Assembly (NCBI GenBank): GCA_017654855.1
Contig: CM030332.1
Span: 6,324,001 to 6,388,000 of the forward strand
Direction of reading: 5' to 3'
Source: Podospora anserina
Lineage: Eukaryota
Length of the DNA stretch: 64,000 nt
Under the pieces are notes generated by a model. It was not told the origin of the DNA and did no database searches. It worked only from the letters and a program-made list of their open reading frames with translations. Shown piece after piece: positions 1-12,773 of the stretch. How positions within the stretch are numbered: position 1 is the stretch's first letter; each line of letters begins with the position of its first letter. The position numbers and the translations under genes were made by a program.

Positions 1-291
1 AGAAGCTAGGAAGAAAGGGGATTTTTTTTCAGGGCCCCCGAGAGTGGCAAGCCCGGAGGACGAGATGCTGGATGCAGTTGCGGATGCGGGGGTGGTTGGC
101 TTCGGCATGCCGCGGCAAAACAACTGACAGCCTCCGCTCGAGCGATGGTGTAGCTCCCTGTGGCAGCTCGCGGCTTACTTGAAGAGAAGATCTCCTGTTG
201 CATTTTCTTATTTTTTCTCTCTCGAGTTGTCCCGTCCCTAATCAACAAACCCACCGTCAGCCATTGCCAGGTGCCATTGCTGCCATTGACG

Positions 292-2051
292 ATGTCTGCT
301 GTCAACCGTGGGTTGCGCCAGGCCACCAAGTCCCTGCACACACGCCTTCCCCAGCGCATCTCGCAGCGCTCCGCTCTGCCATTGTTGAGCAGCACATTTA
401 AGACGGCTGCCCCCCTCACTCCCGCCGCCCTCCACGCCCGCAGAAGCAACTTCTCCACCATGGCCTCTCTTCAGTCCGCCGCGACCACGGCCCCTTCCCC
501 CGCCGGGCACAAGGGCTACGATCCTGAGATCCAGGACATCGCCGACTATGTGCACAACAAGCCCATTGACTCTGAGCTTGCCGTGAGTTGAGCCTCCCGG
601 AGCTAGCCCCGCTTTATCCCATCTTTGGCTGATGTTGACCTTTCCCCCCTGAACAGTTCGACACAGCGAGATGGGTGTTCCTCGACACTCTCGGCTGCGG
701 TCTGGAGGGTCTCCAGTTCAAGGAGTGCACCAAGCTCCTCGGCCCTATCGTCCCAGGGACCGTCGTGCCCAACGGCACCAAGGTTCCCGGCACACCCTAT
801 CAGCTCGACCCCGTGAACGGTGCCTTCAACATTGGTGCTATGATCAGATGGCTCGACTACAACGACTGCTGGCTCGCTGCTGAGTGGGGACATCCCAGTG
901 ACAACCTGGGCGCTATCCTGGCCGTGGCTGACTGGATCACCCGTACCAACAAGGCCGGCGGTAACCTCGCTGGCGGCAAGATCTTCACCATCCGCGATGT
1001 TCTCGAGGCTATGATCAAGGCGCACGAGATTCAGGGCTGCCTTGCTCTGCTCAACTCGTTCAACAAGGTTGGTCTGGATCACGTAGTTCTCGTCAAGGTT
1101 GCCAGCACGGCTGTTGTCAGCAAGATGCTCGGCCTCAACGAGAAGCAGACTGCCGATGCCATCACCCAGGCGTGGGTTGACGGCCAGAGCTTGCGTACCT
1201 ACCGCCACACCCCCAACACCATGTCCCGCAAGTCGTGGGCTGCCGGTGATGCCTGCCAGCGCGCCGTCAACCTGGCCCTGAAGGTTCTCAAGGGCGAGAG
1301 CGGTGTTCCCACCGTTCTCTCCGCCCCCGTCTGGGGCTTCTATGATGTCCTCTTCAAGGGCAAAAAGTTCGAGTTCCAGCGCCCCTATGGCAGCTACGTC
1401 ATGGAGAACGTCCTGTTCAAGGTGTCCTACCCTGCCGAGTTCCACTCTCAGACCGCTGTCGAGGCCTCTGAGAAGATCCACGCCCAGCTGAAGGCCATGG
1501 GCAAGTCTGCCGCCGATATCAAGGAGATCACCTGCAGGACACACGAGGCCTGCGTCCGCATCATCGACAAGCAGTTCAAGCCCATGGACAACTTCGCCGA
1601 TCGTGACCACTGCATCCAGTACATGTGCTCCGTCATGCTCGTCTTCGGCCGTCTTACTGCCAACGACTACGTTGACGGCAGCGAGGCTGCCACCTCCCCT
1701 CTGGTCGAGTCTCTTCGCAAGAAGATCAAGTGCGTTGAGGACCCCCAGTTCACCGCCGACTACCATGACCCCGCTCTCCGCACCATCAGCAACGGCCTCA
1801 CCGTTGAGCTCAACGACGGCACCGTCCTCCCCGAGGTTGTCATTGAGGCTCCTCTCGGCCACCGTCTCCGTCGTGAGGAGGCCAAGCCAGTGATCATGGC
1901 CAAGTACAAGCGTCACTTGGAGCCTCACTACAGCGCCGAGAAGGTGCAGGAGCTCCTTGAGCTCGGCCAGAACCCCAAGAAGCTCGAGGCTATGGAGGTT
2001 GACCAATATGTGGATTTGTATGTTAGCGAGAACAGCAAGTTTGTCAACTAG
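292..2051 (+). CDS. PDH1: 2-methylcitrate dehydratase (MmgE/PrpD family), mitochondrial precursor; exons 292-582, 657-2051
   Basis: Motifs RWLDYNDCWLAAEWGHPSDN, RKSWAAGDA and PAEFHSQTA. The intron 583-656 (GTGAGT..CTGAT..CAG) joins SELA|FDTARWVFLDTLGC in frame. The N-terminus is Arg/Ser/Leu-rich and lacks acidic residues, as in a presequence. Confidence 0.95.
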
Positions 2052-2453
2052 AGAGTGACAGACAGGCTCAAAATAGACTTTACTAAATGCAAATACAAAA
2101 AAAATAATTTTATATATATATACCCTCATGTTGACACTGTATCGCTGACTCGGGACGTTGTTTCGGCCCGCCCCACTGTCGGGACGGGGTTGCACAGCCC
2201 CTGGTTGAGTTCCTTGACGGTTCGGGTACCGGCACACAGTGCATCCCCGGCGCCCGGGCGCCACTGGACTTTTGGTGGGGCTCCGGACTCGTCACAGCAC
2301 TGCGCCACCCTGTAACCTTTCTTGCAACCTTTGACCAACACCACAATACTTCTGTTGACTGCAACGACAAGCGCCAAACTTGAGACGACATTTCCTTTTA
2401 CTGCAGAACGAACCCTAACGATTCGCCAGTAAACTTCACCGAACTCAGTCATC

Positions 2454-3329
2454 ATGGTCTCCGAAGACCGCCAAAGAGTCATTGAGACCAACCGGTCTCT
2501 GCGCAACATCAAGAATGTAGGCAACTCTCCCCTCAACCACATCACAAACGCCCATCTAACCTGTGTTTTCTGACTATAGGAACTCGAATCCCTCCTCGAA
2601 AAAGGTGTAATCACCGACGAAGCCTACGACACCATCTCGGGCCTCCTCCCCGCCGAGTCGTCGTTCAACTCGCGGTCTACCCCCGCCCCTCGCACCAATC
2701 CCTCCTCCCTTCCCACTCCAGCTGCTACCCCCTCCGCCGCTGTCCCTCCCACAGCAGCAATGGCAGCCCTCTCAGTAGGCGGCAACCCCAACCCTCCCCC
2801 TTCATACGCCCAGTCTACCGGCCCCCCTGCCCTCCCGGGTCGGAACCCTCCCCCTGCTAGTGCCCCGACCAAACCGATCATCGCCCACGCGAGAGCGCTT
2901 TACAAGTACAATGCCGCCGACGCGAGAGACTGTAGCTTCGACAAGGACGATAGGGTTGCTGTGTTTGAGTATATGAATGCGGATTGGTGGATGGGGAGGA
3001 ATCAGCGGACGGGGCAGGAGGGGATTTTCCCACGGTCTTACGTTGTGGTGGAGGACGAAAAGGCTGCTCAACCTGCGGCGGTTCTTTATCCTCCCCAACA
3101 GCCGGTCTATGGTCAGCCTGCTCCGGGGGCGTATGGAGGGGGTTATCCGGGTGCGCCACCGCCCGGGCAGCCGTATCAGCCGCATGATCAGGGGCAGCAA
3201 CAGCAGGGAGAAGAAGGGGGGAGTAAGATGGGTGAGCATGGGAAGAAGTTTGGAAAGAAATTGGGCAATGCGGCGATTTTTGGAGCGGGTGCGACGATCG
3301 GGTCCAATATTGTGAACTCTATCTTTTAA
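2454..3329 (+). CDS. LSB1: SH3-domain protein of the Lsb1/Pin3 family; exons 2454-2516, 2580-3329
   Basis: SH3 domain (ARALYKY..DWWMG..GIFPRSYV), a P/Q/G/Y-rich linker and the family C-terminus KKFGKKLGNAAIFGAGATIGSNIVNSIF. Intron 2517-2579 (GTAGGC..CTAAC..TAG) keeps the frame. Confidence 0.85.
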
Positions 3330-3820
3330 GGGGTGGGATTGGAGATGGATGGGTCTCAATGGACAAGAGACTGTGAAGCGGAAAGGATGTATCTTTCTTG
3401 ACTTTCACTTATCACCTTTACACCTGAAGCCTTTTTGTTTTTTTTTTCCTTTTTTCTTTTTGCGTCTTTGGGACTCTTCATCATATCATGTTAAGCCACG
3501 TCATGTTCAGAGTAGGGTTTGGGAGTTTGGGGATTCATGTTGATTTCTTACGCTAGGTTGGGATAATCTATCTTTTATTTTGTGAGAGATGCGGGAGTGG
3601 TATTGGTTAAATGTTGCTAGACATGGAAAAACCAGATAAAACAGTATTCAAACGTTTGGTTCCTAAGCGGGATAGATCGTTGCCGGGAGAAGTGTGAGAA
3701 TATGTCTGTAAGGAAGTACTGATATGATGGTTTGCCAACTTGGTAGTGATTCGGTTTCTGACTGTCAAATGTCATCGACATGTATCCTAATTCTGTTGGT
3801 CAGAACATGAACAAGTAACA

Positions 3821-3891
3821 GCATCAGTGGTTTAGTGGTAAAATCCATCGTTGCCATCGATGGGCCCCGTGTTCGATTCACGGCTGATGCA
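3821..3891 (+). tRNA. tRNA-Gly(GCC)
   Basis: Acceptor stem GCATCAG/CTGATGC-A, D-loop TAGTGGTA, anticodon arm CATCG-TTGCCAT-CGATG, T-loop GTTCGATT; T-run downstream (Pol III terminator). Confidence 0.97.
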
Positions 3892-4708
3892 CAACACCTT
3901 ATTTTTTGTTCTTTCCTTGCATTTTTTCTTCTTCTCCATTGTGCCCAACAGAGAGTGTCTGATTATTATTTTTTTGGACAGATTGGGGGTTTGATGTGAT
4001 TTTTGCTGGATTTCCACCCATGTAAAGTTCGATTTGTGAAGGTTGTGGGAGTGGACAGATGCCCGTCGTCGTGGTCGAGACCAATTCCAATTCTCCGTTT
4101 TACCCAGCCACAAAGATGGTGCCATCCGGAGAAGCTATGTTGTTGTTGGTGCGTCGTATAGGCGAAAGCACCTGCTGGCAGGCGGGGCCATCTAGAATCG
4201 AAAGTCTCTCGGGATTCCCCAAAAGCGGGGGGACCAGTCCAAGGGGAAGGGGATGCACGTTGTCGGTCTAGACCTTACCCATACCAGAATAGCCCCAACC
4301 AACCATTGGAATGCTACTGGGCGAACTCCGAAAAGGGTTGTTGCAAGCACCCTTGTCACATCACCAACCCCAGGTGGAAAACGTGTGTACACAGTCAGCC
4401 GTCTGCGGCGATGCCTTACTTTGGCTTGCCCACAGTTTGGTCTCTTTTATTTAAGAACGTGAGATGGTCTGAATTCGGCCCTCTTCCTGATCTCAGCTGA
4501 CAGGTTGGTTTCTTTTTGACATACAACCCAAGTTTTGTTAATCTTCCCTCTCCAACCTCCTCATATGCACTGTTTCGGAGGGCTGTTGTTCTCTTTGACG
4601 CTCACACAACCGACATCCCACACTTTTCCGATGTGGATTGTGAAAATACCACTGTGACAAACGAGACAACCATCATCACCCGCTGCAGGGCGTGTGAACC
4701 TCGCAGCA

Positions 4709-6229
4709 ATGTCTCGAGATCTCTCCCCGGCGCACTCCGGCTTGTCCTCCGGCGCCAAGAGTCCGATCGCCGGTCCGTCATTGGCAGCACCGCCAATGCC
4801 GGCTCGGTCTCCGGGCTCTGTTGCCGACGACGCCGCGGTAGAGTCCGACGTCAAATCAACCCTCACCACCGCCGGCAGCATCAGCAAACGCCCCTTGATC
4901 GGCAAACGCCACGCCAGCACCCGGTCTGATGCCTCCGGTCTTCTACCATCAGAACCAGGATCACACCCCGACTCCCCATTATCACCACCCTCCCCCGGCT
5001 CCGACTCGGAAGAAGACACCTACCCCGAAGGCGGCCTCCGCGCCTGGCTCATCGTCTTCGGCAGCTGGCTCGCCCTCTTTGCCTCCCTCGGCCTGATGAA
5101 CGTCATGGCCACATTCGACACTTACCTCTCGGCGCGCCACCTCGTCGACCACGACAACGGCACCGTGGGCGGGATTATTTCTCTGTACACCATCCTCAGC
5201 TTCACTCTGGGGATATACGTCGGTCCGGTATTCGACAAACACGGCCCGCGGTGGCCGATTGTCGGGGGGAGTGTTTGTCTTTTCGCGGCGTTGATCGTGG
5301 TCAGCATATCGACCAACTACTGGCATTTGCTGGTGGCGTTTGCGGTGTTCAGCGGTCTGGGGAGCGCCTTGCTCTTCACGCCGTCGATCGCGGCGATAGG
5401 GCATTTCTTCAACGAGAGGAGGGGGTTAGCCACCGGGGTGGCGACTACGGCGGGGAGCGTGAGCGCGGTGGTGTTTCCGTATGTTGTGCAGGAGTTGTTT
5501 GTCATGATTGGGTGGCCGTGGACGATGAGAGCGTTGGCGTTGATCTGTCTTGGGGTTGCGGTGGGGGCGAACTTCTTGATCAGATCGAGGTTACCGCCGG
5601 CGAAGCATGCCAAGATCACTCCCAGTGTGAGGGTTTTCCAGACAAAAGGGTTTGGGTTGACGCTGGGGGCGGTTTTTCTGATGCAGTTTGCGGGGTTTGT
5701 GCCGCTGAGTTATCTTTCGGGGTATGTGCTTGCCAAGGGGTTCGGGCAGGAGTTTTCGTTTGATGTTGTGACGGTGTTGAATGCCAGTTCGGCGTTTGGG
5801 AGGGTGGCGGGTGGTTGGTTGGGGGATTGGGTTGGGGTCTATAATGCGAATGTGGTGTTTTCGGTGGTGGCTTCTATCGCGTGTTTTGCGGTTTGGTTGC
5901 CTGTTGAGGAAGGAAAGGCCGGGATGATTGGGTTTGCGGTTTTGTTTGGGTTTACGTCTGGGAGTAATGTTAGTTTGATGCCGGTTACGGTAGGGAAACT
6001 GTGTGGGACGAGGGAGTATGGGAGGTATTATGGGACGGTGTATACTATTGTTAGTCTTGGGGTTTTGGTTGCTATTCCTATTGCTGGGAAGTTGGTGTTG
6101 GGGAGTAAGGGCAGTTGGGATGGGTTGATTGTTTTGACGGGGGTGGCGTATCTTGCTTCGGCGGTGGTGTTTGCGGTTGCAAAGATGTCGATTGTAGGGT
6201 GGAGATCGAAGCCTTGGGTGATTTTTTGA
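4709..6229 (+). CDS. MFS transporter, monocarboxylate-porter (Mch-like) family; single exon
   Basis: YPEGGLRAWLIVFGSW N-terminal motif, GPVFDKHGPR loop motif, HFFNERRGLATG, and about 12 hydrophobic segments. First ATG is at 4709. Confidence 0.9.
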   Translation: MSRDLSPAHSGLSSGAKSPIAGPSLAAPPMPARSPGSVADDAAVESDVKSTLTTAGSISKRPLIGKRHASTRSDASGLLPSEPGSHPDSPLSPPSPGSDSEEDTYPEGGLRAWLIVFGSWLALFASLGLMNVMATFDTYLSARHLVDHDNGTVGGIISLYTILSFTLGIYVGPVFDKHGPRWPIVGGSVCLFAALIVVSISTNYWHLLVAFAVFSGLGSALLFTPSIAAIGHFFNERRGLATGVATTAGSVSAVVFPYVVQELFVMIGWPWTMRALALICLGVAVGANFLIRSRLPPAKHAKITPSVRVFQTKGFGLTLGAVFLMQFAGFVPLSYLSGYVLAKGFGQEFSFDVVTVLNASSAFGRVAGGWLGDWVGVYNANVVFSVVASIACFAVWLPVEEGKAGMIGFAVLFGFTSGSNVSLMPVTVGKLCGTREYGRYYGTVYTIVSLGVLVAIPIAGKLVLGSKGSWDGLIVLTGVAYLASAVVFAVAKMSIVGWRSKPWVIF

Positions 6230-6570
6230 GGTGGAAGGAAGGGGGGTAGTGTATGAAGTTATGATCTTGCTTTCGGCTTTTTTCATTTCGGGGAAAGCGG
6301 TGTCACTGGCTGCAAGCTGTGTAACACGCTCAGAAGGGGAGCTAATCTACGATACCACAGCATGGCATGTATATAAAGTGCGCTCACACAGCGAGTCTAC
6401 AGTTTTCTTGCATACCAGTCAGGTTGTTTGAACAGAGATACCATATCAACTCCTTCGCGCGAAGATACACATCAGAGACCTTCCTACTCAGCGAGTTATA
6501 GATTGGGAAATCCAAATTACTACCTTCTACTGCATGAACGTGAAACATTTTATACCCCCACCTTCATCGC

Positions 6571-9500
6571 TCAAGGCGAAGAATACATTCCCCTCGTCCC
6601 ACTCCCCCCCATCCCCGAAGCCAAGCTGACACTCCTAGGCGTAACCGGCAACCCCATCTGCCCCCTCCTCTTCATGGTATTACTACTACTCCCCCCAAGC
6701 CTCAGCCCAGGACTCCCCAACCCAGGACTCCCCAACCCAGGACTCCCCAACCCAGGACTCCCCAACCCAGGACTCCCCAACCCATGACTCCCCAACCCAG
6801 GACTCCCCAACCCAGGACTCCCCTGCCCACCACCAACATCCAACCTCCCACCACCCCCTCGAAGCGCAACCATCAACTCCATACACCCCCTGACCCCCTT
6901 ATTAACCCCCCTCAATCCCTCCACCATCCCCGGCCCAAAGCTCAAAATCTTCTTCCCTAGCGCCTCCCTGATTTGTATCCCCAGGTTCGTCCACTTGTTG
7001 AACAAGCTCTTGCACGTCGACCATATCGGACCATTTTCACTGTAATTGAGCGGCGATGAAGAAGACAGCATTGAGCGCAGAATGTCCGTTTGCTGGAGGA
7101 CAGAGCTCGTTTTGGAGATGAGGTCTTCGAATAGGGGTACCATGGTGGATGATCGCAGTGAGTCGGTGGTTGTGGCGTTGTTGATGACGGATGAGAAGAG
7201 GGTGTCGAGGGACGGGAGGAAGGTGTGGATTAGGGTTGTGAGGTTGCGGAGGGAGGTGAGAAAGGCGGTTAGCTGGAGGGTTATGGGGGTCGTGACGTTG
7301 AATGTGGTGTTGGTGGATGAGGGGGTTAGGAGGCTGGGGAGGGGCGTTGATAGGGGTGGCGGGGAGGCGAAACGGCGGTCGTCGCTGTCGTCGTCGTTGG
7401 AGGAGACGGCGGAAGTGAAAGAGTCGGCTGATTTAGGGGTTTGAGGGATGACGGCTATGGTTGTTGTTGGGTAGCTTTGGGAGGTGGATCGCGATGATGA
7501 AACAGAGACGGTGACAGAGTTCGACTTGGGACGGTAAGGGATATCGGTGCGGACTTGCATAGGTGTCTTGGGGGTGATGGCCGCTCGTTTTGCACGAAGA
7601 GACGATGGCTGTTGCGGCTGAGGCGTTTGGGACCTGGGCGTCATTGGCAATGGCTGCGATGGTTGTCGACGACGGACAGAAGGAGGTGTCACTGGTGGTG
7701 GTTGGGAAGGACGAGCAGTCAGGATGTTGTTGCGGTTATTCAAAGGCCGGCTGGAAATGGCCACGCGCAGCTCCATGATGCCATGATAAACCTGCATGAG
7801 AAAGGTGCGCATATATCGGGGATCTCCATTGTCGACCAGTAAATCAACATTGCTGGCCAGCCGAGCACAAATCTGGACGTAGGCCAATATCAAGGCTGTG
7901 TAAGCGCGTTGCATAGGCCCGTAGTCTCGTGCTGATGTCCGACCGCCTGACGACAGTTCAAAATCCTGGATTGCCTGCTCTAGCTCTTCAAAGTACTTGT
8001 GGGTGTTGTAAAAGATCATCTCGAGACTGGAGCGCCGTGAAGTCCCGTCGTTGGTCAAACTCATCAACGTTTGTACGCACAAATGGATCTGATAAATGGA
8101 ATATAGAACCCCTTTGAAAAACTCCAAGACCGGGTCTGGAATTTGAGATTGATAACGACGTATTGGCAGAGCGGAAAGCTCGCGAACACACAGCGGCCTC
8201 TGTAGAGACGGTTCTTCCGGACTGAAAGGATTGGAGAAGGTCGGCGCACCACTGTAACTGAAACCGCGAAAATGACTGCTAAGCCGGTTCATATTGGGCA
8301 CATCTGTCGAAAGGCTTGAAGCCGAAGACGGCGCAAGAAAAGAGCTTGCTGATCCAGGGGTGATAGTCCTAGAAGAGATGGTAGACTCTGTCGTGCGAGA
8401 AGATGCCGTATCTGGTCTCTTCGGCTCCGGTGATACGGCCGGCTGCTCAGGCGGGCTCCGTAGATCGTCACTCGATGCCGTCATTGTCAGTGGTATCATT
8501 CCCGACGGTCTCCTGGTGAACCCATTGCTGTACTGAGAAAGAGACCGTCTGCTGGAAACCCTCGGTGGTCTAGACAAAGATGCAGATCTCGATCCTGGCG
8601 AGGATGCAATTCCGGATCCATTTACCTTGACCGGAAACCGGCCGCCTCGGCGTGATGGTACTCGCGGTGTATCAGCACTCTCACTCGACTCATCCCCCGT
8701 CTCTGTATCAGCCATCCCTTCAATGATACTCACACTGACACTCCGAGCTAGAAATTTCTTGATACGCTCAGTCACAACACGGTCTGTCTCGCTCTCGGCC
8801 AGAGCCCCACTGGACAGTTGATCCTGGACCGTTGGTAGCTGCAAGACCTCCTTGGGAGGGTAGATGATCGGATTGCCCGTGAACCTCAACCGCTGAAGGG
8901 AGACCATATTCGCCATGCTAGCGGGAAGTCTTGTAATTTGGTTCTCCTGAACCGAAAGCGCCTTGAGCGAAGTCAGCTTGGAAATCTCGGGAGGGAGCTC
9001 CCTCAACCGATTCCTTCCCACATCGAGGAACTCCAATGATATTAGATCACATAACTGTAGCTGTGGTCAGCATTAAGCCCTCAAATCCAGGTCAAGCAGT
9101 ACTCACTGCCAAAGGAAAGACCTCGAACGCATTGTTCCTCGCCGCAAGGTACCTCAAAGATGTACATTGCGAGAACCTCGGTGGAAGTCCCTTCAAGGCA
9201 TTGTGTGATAGCGCGAGCCTTTCAACCCCTGTCCTCAGGATATCGACAACCTCATCAGGTAAAACAGGAATGTTTTTCCCAATCAAATCTAGCGTGATTC
9301 CCGAACCAGTTGCCCCAGTGGTCCCCGACACTGGCGTTCTTGTCTCCTCATCTTCAATCGCTTTTCTCCTAGCCTCCCGAACGAGAGCAACGACCTGATT
9401 TGGCGAAAGCAACGGCCCAGTGTTGGCATTATTCGCATTGGGTGATGTACCCCTCGATGTACTCTGCCCTGTCGACAAAGGCGGGAATCGCTGCTGCTGC

Positions 9501-9589
9501 TGATGCAGTTGATGTGCTCTCGAAAGCGGCATCCCACCTCCAGAGACCGACCGAGCTGCCATCGGGTGAGCCTTGCGATGGGTGTCCAT
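6571..9589 (-). CDS. SOG2: Leucine-rich-repeat protein of the RAM/MOR network (Sog2/Lrp1-like); exons 9589-9107, 9054-6571
   Basis: N-terminal LRRs (LALSHNALKGLP, LDVGRNRLRELP, LSVQENQITRLP) and a central helical Sog2-like region (GDPRYMRTFLMQVYHGIMELR). Intron 9106-9055 (GTGAGT..CTGAC..CAG) is in frame. Confidence 0.8.
6706..6823. repeat. 15-bp tandem repeat (CCCAGGACTCCCCAA), 7 full copies plus 1 partial, encoding (GSPGL)n in the Sog2 C-terminus
   Basis: Read directly from the sequence; one variant unit CCCATGACTCCCCAA (GSHGL) at 6781-6795. Confidence 0.97.
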
Positions 9590-12500
9590 TCTTTATCAAT
9601 AAGTCAAACTCGATTCAGAAATTAACAATGCAAACCCCAACTGAAAATTTCATCAGTGGCAGTATCAACGGAAACGCATATCTCAAAACTGAGAACCACT
9701 GTGTAAGAAGAGAGCTGATTGATCGATCCCGTCGCTGTGCTGTGTGCTGCCGTGCTTACCTCCTGCAGCACCATATCTCTAACCCTTCTGTGCCAGCCTG
9801 CCGCGCTGTACAACACAGCCAATCCTGGCACATCCTCGCGTGCTTGCTGCAAATCCCGTCAGCTCTCAGCCGTGTTTCTTGCGTTGGCGTTGCCTGCCGC
9901 TGGGCGGGTGACGGGCAGCCCCCAATTACACACGAGGGCGCGGCCAGTGAACTGTCATGGATTCCATACCATCAAAGCTAAAGATCACCCACTCCGCCAA
10001 AAATATACATGAAGCCCCTCTCGATTTGTGTTTGGATCCAAAGCTTCCATAGTGGATATTTCCGGTTATTCTTGTTATGAGAGTTTAGCAAAAATCATTG
10101 TTTTGAGCTCATGGAAGTAAGACATCTCCAACCAAGTCTGCCTTATTCTGTAGCCACAGAAACTCACCCATGTGCACGGGCCAACCATGGGTAACCATCA
10201 CCTCCATCCTCCCACTATCCGTCCGCTCACAACTCAATGACATGAAACTCGGCAACACAATCACCCGAACACATGTCACTATCATGCGTGTCACCACTTC
10301 TTCAACTCATTCGTCCCAGCTCATAATTTTGAGCATTCTATGGGAATCCCTCTCATAGGGGAAGCTGCCTCACTTACATGTCCCATGAGCTGTAGATATG
10401 TCGTGCGACGATCATTTTGCCTTTGTGGTGTGTGTTGGCCCCCTCTCACTCGCTCATGTTGTGACCAGCAGCCTTGTGAGCTGGCCCATCAGTCAGTCAC
10501 CGGATGTAAGTGAGATTACAGCTGTCATCTCGTCATGTGACCTCTCTCCTGTTGTGTTGCATGAGGTAGGGTGTTCCAATGACGATGCCCGAGGCTGATC
10601 ACTCATTATTGAGAGTTGTGAGAGGTATGCTTATCTTGATATTGAAGTTGAGATGGTTGTCATGAAAATATCTTCTCACAAATGAGAACCGGTAATTCTG
10701 CATTACTGCGTCGCATCGCATTATAAAAGCTTGATGAGTTGGTAAGCATTTATTGAGCCAACCCTGTAAGTGATGAGTCAACCCAAGACAAAAGCTGAAC
10801 GTAGCCATCACCACAACCACAAGCGCCAGCCTCTCCGTTTGTGAATTCTAGTCATTCACTAACCAGATTTCCAACAGTAGAAACCTGCTTTCTAACCCAC
10901 CTTCATCAGACCCTTTCCTTACTTACACTGTGTACTTCATCTTGAGTGACAAATATATCCTCTCCCTTCAACCCAAATAGCCACCAATACGTAAACCACC
11001 ACCCAAAAACATCACCCCTTGACACTTCACCAAACAACACCATGTTACGGCAAAGCTCAAAATTGATAATGCCAAACCCGAAATAACGTACGAATATTGT
11101 AACAGCATTCACATACCAACCAACCGAATGCCCTCTCATACTCCCAAAACCAACGTCTCCACTTGAACACCAAAACTCCCGAAACTCCGCTCACAAGCTA
11201 TCTATTCTTATTTGGCGTCATGTTCATCAAGGTGCTTACCTACCTCACATCGGTACCTAACCTACCTGTCGTCCGTCACCCATCACAACAAGATCACGAT
11301 CGAAACACCCACCTTCCCCTAACATGGAGAGCCGTGGCAATATGTTATCCAGGCAGTCATAAGCATAAGCCAGGCAGAGGTGGGCCCAGATCTCCCATGC
11401 CATGCCCATCCTCCCTGTCGTCACCCTTCTATGTTCCATTCTCTCCGATGAGCGATGGCGGCGGCAACAAATGTCAACCGTCCCTTGTCCACAACTGTTA
11501 GGGTAGCCCCGCCAGTTCCAGAACGGAGAAACGGGATTTAGAAAATTGTGTTGTGTCCTGTCTCTTGTTGTGGTGGTGGTGTGGTGTGGTCCTCAGTCCG
11601 CCGAATGACTCACTCTGGAAGAGCGACCAACCCAACCCGGGAAGGAAGGAACCCGGGCCCCGGAATGCCGCCATCGTGATTCGTGACAAACCCAGCTGGT
11701 TGGACAAGAAAATTTAGGTAAGAAATCGGTTGACTTTGGAACGCATTGCATTGGGCTTGGAATTTTCCTGGGATCGGACCAGTTAGAAATGCAAAATGGG
11801 AACGCGAGAAAAACGCTGCAAAAAACTGGGGACAAAGGGACACAGCAAGCAACCAGATCGACCCCCGTCGTTACCACACCAACGATCCCATCTCCAAATA
11901 CATGGTTGTGGCAAGTTGCTCGGTTGCCTGACCGTCGCTCATTTGGGCGCCCAAACAGGGGGTTGATGGTAAGCGCAGGCAGGACACGTCGGAGGCACGA
12001 TTGCTTCGGTTTGAGACAGAAAGGTAGCTGCTAGCTCCGATGATTTTGGCTAATAGCATGGTATTTGTGCGGCTGCTAGTCGCGAGTCGGAATGATTTCC
12101 TTGAAGAGGATCAAGTCTGTCCGTCTTGGTCCCTTTCAGGGCCCGAAGGTCTCGGTCTTGGTAGAAAACCTACGGCGTTCCTATAAACTCCGTTTGATGC
12201 AATAAGCCTCAGGCCTAAATGCAGAGAGAATTGTTCTGGCGGTTGCAAATCGTCAGTCTCGTTGCTAAACGAGAAAAGGCGTTAGCAGCTGTCCAGCTCT
12301 CCGCTGCCCAGTGTCCGTCCATTATGCTCCTAATAGTTCCCAACGCCCCCTCTCTGCGCCCTCGGACGCGAGATACTGTGTCCTGGTATGTAACAACGAC
12401 TTAAGAACAGAAAAAGCACGACAAACAACATCGTACACAAAAAAACACCCACCACCGTTCGCCATCAAAAAATGACCATGATTCCCCGCCTTCGCCTGTC

Positions 12501-12773
12501 GCCGTTTACCCCAAATCCAGGATGTCGCATGCAAAAACCCCCAGAACACGCTTTTGCCCATTTTCCTTGAGCCATCTCCAAGCCCTCTGCTAGGGACTTG
12601 ATCTCTTCCGAGAATTACCACTTCTTCTCCCTCTAGCGAGGGACTGACAAAGAAACAAAGAATGGTGTCACAGCGAAGGGTTTGGTTGATTGATATGATC
12701 GTTATGTGCAGTTGGCGTATGAAACGCAAAAATAATAAACAAGGTGTTTGTCGAAACGTGTGGTGTAAAAGAA

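Noticed and set aside
603-2264. Long antisense ORFs (553 aa here; also 56506-57729 and 47653-48798)
   Set aside because: They are shadows of strongly codon-biased sense genes and carry no recognisable domains.
6706-6823. CRISPR-like array
   Set aside because: The repeats are contiguous with no spacers and lie inside a eukaryotic CDS.
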